Positions 46,701 through 61,700 of a DNA stretch of 64,000 nucleotides are shown here, piece after piece. The position numbers and the translations under genes were made by a program. The stretch is taken from contig CM102286.1 of NCBI GenBank assembly GCA_046563655.1, positions 10,478,001 to 10,542,000 of the forward strand, read 5' to 3'. The stretch comes from Yuukianura sp. NJ FZ-2021. Lineage: Eukaryota. Positions within the stretch are counted from its first letter, which is position 1, and the number at the start of each line of letters is the position of its first letter. The notes beneath the pieces are model-generated. The model searched no databases. It was not told the DNA's origin and saw only the letters and a list, made by a program, of their open reading frames with translations.

Positions 46701-49700
46701 ACTTTGATGTTTACCGGAGTGTGAATTGCAGCCAAAAAAATTTCCTGTCGGAGAGAGACGTTAAGGTTCGTATTCACATTGTTGGATCAGTGATACGCAG
46801 AGTCACTAGTTTTCCGGGTACCTTATCAACAGAAATTTTCTGCTGGACAAAATTTTATGTTTATCGCAGTGTCGATTGCAGCCAAAAAATTTTTATGTCG
46901 GAGAGAGAAGTTAAGGTTCGTATTCAAATTTTTGGATCAGTGATGCGCAGAGTCACTAGTTTTCCGGGTACCTTATCAACAGAAATTTTCTGCTGGACAA
47001 AATTTGATGTTTATCGGAGTGTGAATTGCAGACAAAAAATTTTCCTGTAGGAGAGAGAAGTTAAGGTTCGTATTCACATTGTTGGATCATTGCTACATAA
47101 AGTCACTAGTTTTCCGGGTACCTTCTCAACAGAAATTTTCTGCTGGACAAGATTCAATGATTATCGGAGTGTGAATTGCAGCCAAAAAAATTTCCTGTCG
47201 GAGAGAGATGTTAAGGTTCGTATTCACATTGTTGGATCAGTGATACGCAGAGTCACTAGTTTTCCGGGTACCTTATCAACAGCAATTATCTGCTGGACAA
47301 AATTTGATGTTTATCGGAGTGTCGATTGCAGCGAAAAAATTTTCCTCTGGGTGAGAGAAGTTAAGGTTCGTATTCACATTGTTGGATCATTGCTACACAA
47401 AGTCACTAGTTTTCGGGGTACCTTATCAACAGAAATTTTCTGCTGGACAAAAGTCGATGTTACTCAGTGTTTCCAATTGGCATCTAATTAACGAAATTAT
47501 GATCAGAACATAGTTACGTTGTTACACTTCAGACTCCTTCAGCGCCACTGCAAAGGTCTCACTTGCTTGCATCTTTTTTACTCCTGTTGCCGCTTTTAAT
47601 TACGACGTTCAACACACAACGATGATTTTATATAGCGGTCAGCTCTCAATTCCATTGAAATTTTTGTGTCTACAATGTAATCCTTACATCAGCCACTACA
47701 AATTTCCAATTGGCATCTAATTAACGAAATTAGGATTAGAAAATAGTTACGTTGTTATACTTCACACTCTTTCAGAGCCATAGCAAAGGTCTCACTTGCG
47801 TTTATCTGGTTTACTCCTATTGCCGCTTTTAATTACGACGTTCAACAGACAACGATGATTTTATATGGCGGTCAACTCTCAATTCCATTGAAATTTTTGT
47901 GTCTGCAATGCAATCCTTACCTGCGCCAATACAAATTTCTAATTGGCATCGGATTAACGAAATAAATTTTCCCTTAGGAGAGGGAAGTTAAGGTTCGTAT
48001 TCAAATTGGATCGTTGATACACAGAGTCACTAGTTCTCAAGGTACCTTATCGACAGAAATTTTCTGCTGGACAACATTCGATGTTTATCGCAGTGTCAAT
48101 TGCAGCCAAAAAATTTTCCAGTCGGAGAGAGATGTTAAGGTTCGTATTCACATTGTTGGATCAGTGATACACAGAGTCACTAGTTTTCCGGGTACCTTAT
48201 CAACAGAAATTATCTGCTGGACAAAATTCGATGTTTATCGGAGTGTCGATTGCAGCCAAAAATTTTCCTGTGGGAGAGAGAAGTTAACGTTCGTATTCAA
48301 ATTGTTGGATCATTGCTACACAAAGCCACTAGTTTTCCGGGTACCTTATCAACAGAAATTTTCTGCTGGACAAACTTTGATGTTTATCGGAGTGTGAATT
48401 GCAGACAAAAAATTTTCCTGTAGGAGAGAGAAGTTAAGGTTCGTATTCACATTGTTGGATCAGTGATACGCAGAGTCACTAGTTTTCCGGGTACCTTATC
48501 AACAGAAATTTTCTGCTGGACAAAATTCGATGTTTATCGCATTGTCGGTTGCAGCCAAAAAATTTTTCTGAGGGAGAGAGAAGTTAAGGTTCGTATTCAA
48601 ATTGTTGGATCAGTGATGCGCAGAGTCACTAGTTTTCCGGGTACCTTATCAACAGAAATTTTCTGCTGGACAAAATTTGATGTTTATCGGAGTGTGAATT
48701 GCAGACAAAAAATTTTCCTGTAGGAGGGAGAAGTTAAGGTTCGTATTCACATTGTTGGATCATTGCTACATAAAGTCACTAGTTTTCCGGGTACCTTCTC
48801 AACAGAAATTTTCTGCTGGACAAGATTCAATGATTATCGGAGTGTGAATTGCAGCCAAAAAATTTCCTGTCGGAGAGAGATGTTAAGGTTCGTATTCACA
48901 TTGTTGGATCAGTGATACGCAGAGTCACTAATTTTCCGGGTACCTTATCAACAGCAATTATCTGCTGGACAAAATTTGATGTTTATCGAAGTGTCGATTG
49001 CAGTCAAAAATTTTCCTGTGGGAGAGAGAAGTTAAGGTTCGTATTCAAATTGTTGGATCATTGCTACACAAAGCCACTAGTTTTCCGGGTACCTTATCAA
49101 CAGAAATTTTCTGCTGGACAAACTTTGATGTTTATCGGAGTGTGAATTGCAGACAAAAAATTTTCCTGTAGGAGAGAGAAGTTAAGGTTCGTATTCACAT
49201 TGTTGGATCAGTGATACGCAGAGTCACTAGTTTTCCGGGTACCTTATCAACAGAAATTTTCTGCTGGACAAAATTCGATGTTTATCGCATTGTCGGTTGC
49301 AGCCAAAAAATTTTTCTGAGGGAGAGAGAAGTTAAGGTTCGTATTCAAATTGTTGGATCAGTGATGCGCAGAGTCACTAGTTTTCCGGGTACCTTATCAA
49401 CAGAAATTTTCTGCTGGACAAAATTTGATGTTTATCGGAGTGTGAATTGCAGACAAAAAATTTTCCTGTAGGAGGGAGAAGTTAAGGTTCGTATTCACAT
49501 TGTTGGATCATTGCTACATAAAGTCACTAGTTTTCCGGGTACCTTATCAACAGAAATTTTCTGCTGGACAAAAGTCGATGTTACTCAGTGTTTCCAATTG
49601 GCATCTAAATAACGAAATTATGATCAGAACATAGTTACGTTGTTACACTTCAGACTCCTTCAGCGCCACTGCAAAGGTCTCACTTGCTTGCATCTTTTTT

Positions 49701-52700
49701 ACTCCTGTTGCCGCTTTTAATTACGACGTTCAACACACAACGATGATTTTATATAGCGGTCAGCTCTCAATTCCATTGAAATTTTTGTGTCTACAATGTA
49801 ATCCTTACATCAGCCACTACAAATTTCCAATTGGCATCTAATTAACGAAATTAGGATTAGAAAATAGTTACGTTGTTATACTTCACACTCTTTCAGAGCC
49901 ATAGCAAAGGTCTCACTTGCGTTTATCTGGTTTACTCCTATTGCCGCTTTTAATTACGACGTTCAACAGACAACGATGATTTTATATGGCGGTCAACTCT
50001 CAATTCCATTGAAATTTTTGTGTCTGCAATGCAATCCTTACCTGCGCCAATACAAATTTCTAATTGGCATCGGATTAACGAAATAAATTTTCCCTTAGGA
50101 GAGGGAAGTTAAGGTTCGTATTCAAATTGGATCGTTGATACACAGAGTCACTAGTTCTCAAGGTACCTTATCGACAGAAATTTTCTGCTGGACAACATTC
50201 GATGTTTATCGCAGTGTCAATTGCAGCCAAAAAATTTTCCAGTCGGAGAGAGATGTTAAGGTTCGTATTCACATTGCTGGATCATTGATACACAGAGTCA
50301 CTAGTTTTCCGGGTACCTTATCAACAGAAATTATCTGCTGGACAAAATTTGGTGTTTATCGTAGTGTCGATTGCAGCCAAAAAATTTTTCTGAGGGAGAG
50401 AGAAGTTAACGTTCGTATTCAAATTGTTGGATCATTGCTACACAAAGCCACTAGTTTTCCGGGTACCTTATCAACAGAAATTTTCTGCTGGACAAACTTT
50501 GATGTTTATCGGAGTGTGAATTGCAGACAAAAAATTTTCCTGTAGGAGAGAGAAGTTAAGGTTCGTATTCACATTGTTGGATCAGTGATACGCAGAGTCA
50601 CTAGTTTTCCGGGTACCTTATCAACAGAAATTTTCTGCTGGACAAAATTCGATGTTTATCCCATTGTCGGTTGCAGCCAAAAAATTTTTCTGAGGGAGAG
50701 AGAAGTTAAGGTTCGTACTCACATTCTTGGATCAGTGATACGCAGACTCACTAGTTTTCCGGGTACCTTATCAACAGAAATTTTCTGCTGGACAAAATTT
50801 GATGTTTATCGGAGTGTGAATTGCAGACAAAAAATTTTCCTGTAGGAGGGAGAAGTTAAGGTTCGTATTCACATTGTTGGATCATTGCTACATAAAGTCA
50901 CTAGTTTTCCGGGTACCTTCTCAACAGAAATTTTCTGCTGGACAAGATTCAATGATTATCGGAGTGTGAATTGCAGCCAAAAAAATTTCCTGTCGGAGAG
51001 AGATGTTAAGGTTCGTATTCACATTGTTGGATCAGTGATACGCAGAGTCACTAATTTTCCGGGTACCTTATCAACAGCAATTATCTGCTGGACAAAATTT
51101 GATGTTTATCGAAGTGTCGATTGCAGTCAAAAATTTTCCTGTGGGAGAGAGAAGTTAAGGTTCGTATTCAAATTGTTGGATCATTGCTACACAAAGTCAC
51201 TAGTTTTCGGGGTACCTTATCAACAGAAATTTTCTGCTGGACAAAAGTCGATGTTACTCAGTGTTTCCAATTGGCATCTAATTAACGAAATTATGATCAG
51301 AACATAGTTACGTTGTTACACTTCAGACTCCTTCAGCGCCACTGCAAAGGTCTCACTTGCTTGCATCTTTTTTACTCCTGTTGCCGCTTTTAATTACGAC
51401 GTTCAACAGACAACGATGATTTTATATAGCGGTCAGCTCTCAATTCCATTGAAATTTTTGTGTCTACAATGTAATCCTTACATCAGCCACTACAAATTTC
51501 CAATTGGCATCTAATTAACGAAATTAGGATTAGAAAATAGTTACGTTGTTATACTTCACACTCTTTCAGAGCCATAGCAAAGGTCTCACTTGCGTTTATC
51601 TGGTTTACTCCTATTGCCGCTTTTAATTACGACGTTCAACAGACAACGATGATTTTATATGGCGGTCAACTCTCAATTCCATTGAAATTTTTGTGTCTAC
51701 AATGCAATCCTTACCTGCGCCAATACAAATTTCTAATTGGCGTCGGATTAACGAAAAAAATTTTCCCTTAGGAGAGGGAAGTTAAGGTTCGTATTCAAAT
51801 TGGATCGTTGATACACAGAGTCACTAGTTCTCCAGGTACCTTATCGACAGAAATTTTCTGCTGGACAAAATTCGATGTTTATCCCTTTGTCAATTGCAGC
51901 CAAAAAATTTTCCTGTAGGAGAGAAAAGTTAAGGTTCGCACTCACATTGTTAGATCAGTGATACACAGAGTCACTAGTTTTCCGGGTACCTTCTCAACAG
52001 AAATTTTCTGCTGGACAAGATTCAATAATTATCGGAGTGTGAATTGCAGCCAAAAAATTTCCTGTCGGAGAGAGATGTTAAGGTTCGTATTCACATTGCT
52101 GGATCATTGATACACAGAGTCACTAGTTTTCCGGGTACCTTATCCAAAGAAATTTTCTGCTGAACAAAATTCGATGTTTATCGCAGTGTCAATTGCAGGC
52201 AAAAATTTTCCTGTCGGAGAGAGATGTTAAGGTTCGTATTCAAATTGTTGGATCAGTGATGCGCAGAGTCACTAGTTTTCCGGGTACCTTATCAACAGAA
52301 ATTTTCTGCTGGACAAAATTTTATGTTTATCGCAGTGTCGATTGCAGCCAAAAAATTTTTATGTCGGAGAGAGAAGTTAAGGTTCGTATTCAAATTGTTG
52401 GATCAGTGATGCGCAGAGTCACTAGTTTTCCGGGTACCTTATCAACAGAAATTTTCTGCTGGACAAAATTTGATGTTTATCGGAGTGTGAATTGCAGCCA
52501 AAAAATTTTCCTGTAGGAGAGAGAAGTTAAGGTTCGTATTCACATTGTTGGATCAGTGATACGCAGAGTCACTAGTTTTCCGGGTACCTTATCAACAGAA
52601 ATTTTCTGCTGGACAAAATTCGATGTTTATCGCATTGTCGGTTGCAGCCAAAAAATTTTTCTGAGGGAGAGAGAAGTTAAGGTTCGTATTCAAATTGTTG

Positions 52701-55700
52701 GATCAGTGATGCGCAGAGTCACTAGTTTTCCGGGTACCTTATCAACAGAAATTTTCTGCTGGACAAAATTTGATGTTTATCGGAGTGTGAATTGCAGACA
52801 AAAAATTTTCCTGTAGGAGAGAGAAGTTAAGGTTCGTATTCACATTGTTGGATCATTGCTACATAAAGTCACTAGTTTTCCGGGTACCTTCTCAACAGAA
52901 ATTTTCTGCTGGACAAGATTCAATGATTATCGGAGTGTGAATTGCAGCCAAAAAAATTTCCTGTCGGAGAGAGATGTTAAGGTTCGTATTCACATTGTTG
53001 GATCAGTGATACGCAGAGTCACTAGTTTTCCGGGTACCTTATCAACAGAAATTTTCTGCTGGACAAAAGTCGATGTTACTCAGTGTTTCCAATTGGCATC
53101 TAATTAACGAAATTATGATCAGAACATAGTTACGTTGTTACACTTCAGACTCCTTCAGCGCCACTGCAAAGGTCTCACTTGCTTGCATCTTTTTTACTCC
53201 TGTTGCCGCTTTTAATTACGACGTTCAACACACAACGATGATTTTATATAGCGGTCAGCTCTCAATTCCATTGAAATTTTTGTGTCTACAATGTAATCCT
53301 TACATCAGCCACTACAAATTTCCAATTGGCATCTAATTAACGAAATTAGGATTAGAAAATAGTTACGTTGTTATACTTCACACTCTTTCAGAGCCATAGC
53401 AAAGGTCTCACTTGCGTTTATCTGGTTTACTCCTATTGCCGCTTTTAATTACGACGTTCAACAGACAACGATGATTTTATATGGCGGTCAACTCTCAATT
53501 CCATTGAAATTTTTGTGTCTACAATGCAATCCTTACCTGCGCCAATACAAATTTCTAATTGGCATCGGATTAACGAAATAAATTTTCCCTTAGGAGAGGG
53601 AAGTTAAGGTTCGTATTCAAATTGGATCGTTGATACACAGAGTCACTAGTTCTCAAGGTACCTTATCGACAGAAATTTTCTGCTGGACAACATTCGATGT
53701 TTATCGCAGTGTCAATTGCAGCCAAAAAATTTTCCAGTCGGAGAGAGATGTTAAGGTTCGTATTCACATTGCTGGATCATTGATACACAGAGTCACTAGT
53801 TTTCCGGGTACCTTATCAACAGAAATTATCTGCTGGACAAAAATCGATGTTTATCGGAGTGTCGATTGCAGCCAAAAATTTTCCTGTGGGAGAGAGAAGT
53901 TAACGTTCGTATTCAAATTGTTGGATCATTGCTACACAAAGCCACTAGTTTTCCGGGTACCTTATCAACAGAAATTTTCTGCTGGACAAACTTTGATGTT
54001 TATCGGAGTGTGAATTGCAGACAAAAAATTTTCCTGTAGGAGAGAGAAGTTAAGGTTCGTATTCACATTGTTGGATCAGTGATACGCAGAGTCACTAGTT
54101 TTCCGGGTACCTTATCAACAGAAATTTTCTGCTGGACAAAATTCGATGTTTATCCCATTGTCGGTTGCAGCCAAAAAATTTTTCTGAGGGAGAGAGAAGT
54201 TAAGGTTCGTACTCACATTCTTGGATCAGTGATACGCAGACTCACTAGTTTTCCGGGTACCTTATCATCAGAAATTATCTGCTGGACAAAATTTGATGTT
54301 TATCGGAGTGTGAATTGCAGACAAAAAATTTTCCTGTAGGAGAGAGAAGTTAAGGTTCGTATTCACATTGTTGGATCAGTGATACGCAGAGTCACTAGTT
54401 TTCCGGGTACCTTATCAACAGAAATTTTCTGCTGGACAAAATTCGATGTTTATCGCATTGTCGGTTGCAGCCAAAAAATTTTTCTGAGGGAGAGAGAAGT
54501 TAAGGTTCGTATTCAAATTGTTGGATCAGTGATGCGCAGAGTCACTAGTTTTCCGGGTACCTTATCAACAGAAATTTTCTGCTGGACAAAATTTGATGTT
54601 TATCGGAGTGTGAATTGCAGACAAAAAATTTTCCTGTAGGAGAGAGAAGTTAAGGTTCGTATTCACATTGTTGGATCATTGCTACATAAAGTCACTAGTT
54701 TTCCGGGTACCTTCTCAACAGAAATTTTCTGCTGGACAAGATTCAATGATTATCGGAGTGTGAATTGCAGCCAAAAAAATTTCCTGTCGGAGAGAGATGT
54801 TAAGGTTCGTATTCACATTGTTGGATCAGTGATACGCAGAGTCACTAGTTTTCCGGGTACCTTATCAACAGAAATTTTCTGCTGGACAAAAGTCGATGTT
54901 ACTCAGTGTTTCCAATTGGCATCTAAATAACGAAATTATGATCAGAACATAGTTACGTTGTTACACTTCAGACTCCTTCAGCGCCACTGCAAAGGTCTCA
55001 CTTGCTTGCATCTTTTTTACTCCTGTTGCCGCTTTTAATTACGACGTTCAACACACAACGATGATTTTATATAGCGGTCAGCTCTCAATTCCATTGAAAT
55101 TTTTGTGTCTACAATGTAATCCTTACATCAGCCACTACAAATTTCCAATTGGCATCTAATTAACGAAATTAGGATTAGAAAATAGTTACGTTGTTATACT
55201 TCACACTCTTTCAGAGCCATAGCAAAGGTCTCACTTGCGTTTATCTGGTTTACTCCTATTGCCGCTTTTAATTACGACGTTCAACAGACAACGATGATTT
55301 TATATGGCGGTCAACTCTCAATTCCATTGAAATTTTTGTGTCTGCAATGCAATCCTTACCTGCGCCAATACAAATTTCTAATTGGCATCGGATTAACGAA
55401 ATAAATTTTCCCTTAGGAGAGGGAAGTTAAGGTTCGTATTCAAATTGGATCGTTGATACACAGAGTCACTAGTTCTCAAGGTACCTTATCGACAGAAATT
55501 TTCTGCTGGACAACATTCGATGTTTATCGCAGTGTCAATTGCAGCCAAAAAATTTTCCAGTCGGAGAGAGATGTTAAGGTTCGTATTCACATTGTTAGAT
55601 CAGTGATACACAGAGTCACTAGTTTTCCGGGTACCTTATCAACAGAAATTATCTGCTGGACAAAATTCGATGTTTATCCCATTGTCGGTTGCAGCCAAAA

Positions 55701-58700
55701 CATTTTTCTGAGGGAGAGAGAAGTTAACGTTCGTATTCAAATTGTTGGATCATTGCTACACAAAGCCACTAGTTTTCCGGGTACCTTATCAACAGAAATT
55801 TTCTGCTGGACAAACTTTGATGTTTATCGGAGTGTGAATTGCAGCCAAAAAATTTTCCTGTAGGAGAGAAAAGTTAAGGTTCGCACTCACATTGTTAGAT
55901 CAGTGATACACAGAGTCACTAGTTTTCCGGGTACCTTATCAACAGAAATTTTCTGCTGGACAAAATTCGATGTTTATCCCATTGTCGGTTGCAGCCAAAA
56001 AATTTTTCTGAGGGAGAGAGAAGTTAAGGTTCGTACTCACATTCTTGGATCAGTGATACGCAGACTCACTAGTTTTCCGGGTACCTTATCAACAGAAATT
56101 TTCTGCTGGACAAAATTTGATGTTTATCGGAGTGTGAATTGCAGACAAAAAATTTTCCTGTAGGAGGGAGAAGTTAAGGTTCGTATTCACATTGTTGGAT
56201 CATTGCTACATAAAGTCACTAGTTTTCCGGGTACCTTATCAACAGAAATTTTCTGCTGGACAAAAGTCGATGTTACTCAGTGTTTCCAATTGGCATCTAA
56301 ATAACGAAATTATGATCAGAACATAGTTACGTTGTTACACTTCAGACTCCTTCAGCGCCACTGCAAAGGTCTCACTTGCTTGCATCTTTTTTACTCCTGT
56401 TGCCGCTTTTAATTACGACGTTCAACACACAACGATGATTTTATATAGCGGTCAGCTCTCAATTCCATTGAAATTTTTGTGTCTACAATGTAATCCTTAC
56501 ATCAGCCACTACAAATTTCCAATTGGCATCTAATTAACGAAATTAGGATTAGAAAATAGTTACGTTGTTATACTTCACACTCTTTCAGAGCCATAGCAAA
56601 GGTCTCACTTGCGTTTATCTGGTTTACTCCTATTGCCGCTTTTAATTACGACGTTCAACAGACAACGATGATTTTATATGGCGGTCAACTCTCAATTCCA
56701 TTGAAATTTTTGTGTCTGCAATGCAATCCTTACCTGCGCCAATACAAATTTCTAATTGGCATCGGATTAACGAAATAAATTTTCCCTTAGGAGAGGGAAG
56801 TTAAGGTTCGTATTCAAATTGGATCGTTGATACACAGAGTCACTAGTTCTCAAGGTACCTTATCGACAGAAATTTTCTGCTGGACAACATTCGATGTTTA
56901 TCGCAGTGTCAATTGCAGCCAAAAAATTTTCCAGTCGGAGAGAGATGTTAAGGTTCGTACTCACATTGTTAGATCAGTGATACACAGAGTCACTAGTTTT
57001 CCGGGTACCTTATCAACAGAAATTATCTGCTGGACAAAATTCGATGTTTATCCCAGTGTCGATTGCAGCCAAAAATTTTTCTGAGGGAGAGAGAAGTTAA
57101 GGTTCGTATTCAAATTGTTGGATCATTGCTACACAAAGCCACTAGTTTTCCGGGTACCTTATCAACAGAAATTTTCTGCTGGACAAACTTTGATGTTTAT
57201 CGGAGTGTGAATTGCAGACAAAAAATTTTCCTGTAGGAGAGAGAAGTTAAGGTTCGTATTCACATTGTTGGATCAGTGATACGCAGAGTCACTAGTTTTC
57301 CGGGTACCTTATCAACAGAAATTTTCTGCTGGACAAAATTCGATGTTTATCCCATTGTCGGTTGCAGCCAAAAAATTTTTCTGAGGGAGAGAGAAGTTAA
57401 GGTTCGTACTCACATTCTTGGATCAGTGATACGCAGACTCACTAGTTTTCCGGGTACCTTATCAACAGAAATTTTCTGCTGGACAAAATTTGATGTTTAT
57501 CGGAGTGTGAATTGCAGACAAAAAATTTTCCTGTAGGAGGGAGAAGTTAAGGTTCGTATTCACATTGTTGGATCATTGCTACATAAAGTCACTAGTTTTC
57601 CGGGTACCTTCTCAACAGAAATTTTCTGCTGGACAAGATTCAATGATTATCGGAGTGTAAATTGCAGCCAAAAAATTTTCCTGTAGGAGAGAGAAGTTAA
57701 GGTTCGTATTCACATTGTTGGATCAGTGATACGCAGAGCCACTAGTTTTCCGGATACCTTATCAACAGCAATTATCTGCTTGACAAAATTTGATGTTTAT
57801 CGAAGTGTCGATTGCAGTCAAAAATTTTCCTGTGGGAGAGAGAAGTTAAGGTTCGTATTCAAATTGTTGGATCATTGCTACACAAAGTCACTAGTTTTCG
57901 GGGTACCTTATCAACAGAAATTTTCTGCTGGACAAAAGTCGATGTTACTCAGTGTTTCCAATTGGCATCTAATTAACGAAATTATGATCAGAACATAGTT
58001 ACGTTGTTACACTTCAGACTCCTTCAGCGCCACTGCAAAGGTCTCACTTGCTTGCATCTTTTTTACTCCTGTTGCCGCTTTTAATTACGACGTTCAACAG
58101 ACAACGATGATTTTATATAGCGGTCAGCTCTCAATTCCATTGAAATTTTTGTGTCTACAATGTAATCCTTACATCAGCCACTACAAATTTCCAATTGGCA
58201 TCTAATTAACGAAATTAGGATTAGAAAATAGTTACGTTGTTATACTTCACACTCTTTCAGAGCCATAGCAAAGGTCTCACTTGCGTTTATCTGGTTTACT
58301 CCTATTGCCGCTTTTAATTACGACGTTCAACAGACAACGATGATTTTATATGGCGGTCAACTCTCAATTCCATTGAAATTTTTGTGTCTACAATGCAATC
58401 CTTACCTGCGCCAATACAAATTTCTAATTGGCGTCGGATTAACGAAAAAAATTTTCCCTTAGGAGAGGGAAGTTAAGGTTCGTATTCAAATTGGATCGTT
58501 GATACACAGAGTCACTAGTTCTCCAGGTACCTTATCGACAGAAATTTTCTGCTGGACAACATTCGATGTTTATCGCAGTGTCAATTGCAGCCAAAAAATT
58601 TTCCTGTCGGAGAGAGATGTTAAGGTTCGTATTCACATTGTTGGATCATTGATACACAGAGTCACTAGTTTTCCGGGTACCTTCTCAACAGAAATTTTCT

Positions 58701-61700
58701 GCTGGACAAGATTCAATAATTATCGGAGTGTGAATTGCAGCCAAAAAAATTTCCTGTCGGAGAGAGATGTTAAGGTTCGTATTCACATTGCTGGATCATT
58801 GATACACAGAGTCACTAGTTTTCCGGGTACCTTATCCAAAGAAATTTTCTGCTGAACAAAATTCGATGTTTATCGCAGTGTCAATTGCAGGCAAAAATTT
58901 TCCTGTAGGAGAGAAAAGTTAAGGTTCGCACTCACATTGTTAGATCAGTGATACACAGAGTCACTAGTTTTCCGGGTACCTTATCAACAGAAATTTTCTG
59001 CTTGACAAAATTCGATGTTTATCCCATTGTCGGTTGCAGCCAAAACATTTTTCTGAGGGAGAGAGAAGTTAAGGTTCGTACTCACATTCTTGGATCAGTG
59101 ATACGCAGAGTCACTAGTTTTCCGGGTACCTTATCAACAGAAATTATCTGCTGGACAAAATTTGATGTTTATCGTAGTGTGAATTGCAGCCAAAAAATTT
59201 GCCTGTAGGAGAGAGAAGTTAAGGTTCGTATTCACATTGTTGGATCATTGCTACATAAAGTCACTAGTTTTCCGGGTAACTTATCAACAGAAGTTATCTG
59301 CTGGACAAAATTTTATGTTTATCGTAGTGTCAATTGCAGCCAAAAAATTTTCCTGTAGGAGAGAAAAGTTAAGGTTCGCACTCACATTGTTAGATCAGTG
59401 ATACACAGAGTCACTAGTTTTCCGGGTACCTTATCAACAGAAATTATCTACTGCACAAAATTGGATGTTTATCGGAGTGTGAATTGCAGCCAAAAAATTT
59501 TCCTGTAGGAGAGAAAAGTTAAGGTTCGCACTCACATTCTTGGATCAGTGATACACAGAGTCACTAGTTTTCCGGGTACCTTATCAACAGAAATTATCTA
59601 CTGCACAAAATTGGATGTTTATCGGAGTGTGAATTGCAGCCAAAAAATTTTCCTGTAGGAGAGAAAAGTTAAGGTTCGCACTCACATTGTTAGATCAGTG
59701 ATACACAGAGTCACTAGTTTTCCGGGTACCTTATCAACAGAAATTTTCTGCTGGACAAAATTTGATGTTTATCGGAGTGTGAATTGCAGCCAAAAAAATT
59801 TCCTGTCGGAGAGAGACGTTAAGGTTCGTATTCACATTGTTGGATCAGTGATACGCAGAGTCACTAGTTTTCCGGGTACCTTATCAACAGAAATTTTCTG
59901 CTGGACAAAATTTTATGTTTATCGTAGTGTCGGTTGCAGCCAAAAAATTTTTCTGAGGGAGAGAGAAGTTAAGGTTCGCACTCACATTGTTAGATCAGTG
60001 ATGCGCAGAGTCACTAGTTTTCCGGGTACCTTATCAACAGAAATTTTCTGCTGGACAAAATTTGATGTTTATCGTAGTGTGAATTGCAGCCAAAAAATTT
60101 TCTTGTAGGAGAGAGAAGTTAAGGTTCGTATTCACATTGTTGTATCATTGCTACATAAAGTCACTAGTTTTCCGGGTAACTTATCAACAGAAATTATCTG
60201 CTGGACAAAATTTGTTGTTTACAGTAGTGTCAATTGCAGCCAAAAAATTTTCCTGTAGGAGAGAAAAGTTAAGGTTCGCACTCACATTGTTAGATCAGTG
60301 ATACACAGAGTCACTAGTTTTCCGGGTACCTTATCAACAGAAATTATCTACTGCACAAAATTGGATGTTTATCGGAGTGTGAATTGCAGCCAAAAAATTT
60401 TCCTGTAGGAGAGAAAAGTTAAGGTTCGCACTCACATTGTTGTATCAGTGATACACAGAGTCACTAGTTTTCCGGGTACCTTATCAACAGAAATTATCTA
60501 CTGCACAAAATTGGATGTTTATCGGAGTGTGAATTGCAGCCAAAAAATTTTCCTGTAGGAGAGAAAAGTTAAGGTTCGCACTCACATTGTTAGATCAGTG
60601 ATACACAGAGTCACTAGTTTTCCGGGTACCTTATCAACAGAAATTATCTACTGCACAAAATTGGATGTTTATCGGAGTGTGAATTGCAGCCAAAAAATTT
60701 TCCTGTAGGAGAGAGAAGTTAAGGTTCGTATTCACATTGTTGGATCAGTGATACGCAGAGTCACTAGTTTTCCGGGTACCTTATCAACAGAAATTTTCTG
60801 CTGGACAAAATTTTATGTTTATCGCAGTGTCGATTGCAGCCAAAAAATTTTTATGTCGGAGAGAGAAGTTAAGGTTCGTATTCAAATTGTTGGATCAGTG
60901 ATGCGCAGAGTCACTAGTTTTCCGGGTACCTTATCAACAGAAATTTTCTGCTGGACAAAATTTGATGTTTATCGTAGTGTGAATTGCAGCCAAAAAATTT
61001 GCCTGTAGGAGAGAGAAGTTAAGGTTCGTATTCACATTGTTGTATCATTGCTACATAAAGTCACTAGTTTCCCGGGTACCTTATCAACAGAAATTTTCTG
61101 CTGGACAAAATTTGTTGTTTACAGTAGTGTCAATTGCAGCCAAAAAATTTTCCTGTAGGAGAGAAAAGTTAAGGTTCGCACTCACATTGTTAGATCAGTG
61201 ATACACAGAGTCACTAGTTTTCCGGGTACCTTATCAACAGAAATTATCTACTGCACAAAATTGGATGTTTATCGGAGTGTGAATTGCAGCCAAAAAATTT
61301 TCCTGTAGGAGAGAAAAGTTAAGGTTCGCACTCACATTGTTGTATCAGTGATACACAGAGTCACTAGTTTTCCGGGTACCTTATCAACAGAAATTATCTA
61401 CTGCACAAAATTGGATGTTTATCGGAGTGTGAATTGCAGCCAAAAAATTTTCCTGTAGGAGAGAAAAGTTAAGGTTCGCACTCACATTGTTAGATCAGTG
61501 ATACACAGAGTCACTAGTTTTCCGGGTACCTTATCAACAGAAATTATCTACTGCACAAAATTGGATGTTTATCGGAGTGTGAATTGCAGCCAAAAAATTT
61601 TCCTGTAGGAGAGAGAAGTTAAGGTTCGTATTCACATTGTTGGATCAGTGATACGCAGAGTCACTAGTTTTCCGGGTACCTTATCAACAGCAATTATCTG

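Noticed and set aside
34804..61008. Dozens of similar ORFs (MIRRVTSFPGTLSTEIFCWTKF...) suggesting a repeat-protein family
   Set aside because: They are translations of a 150-bp satellite (a multiple of 3), with frequent stops and 1-bp indels in A-runs, and mostly non-ATG starts.
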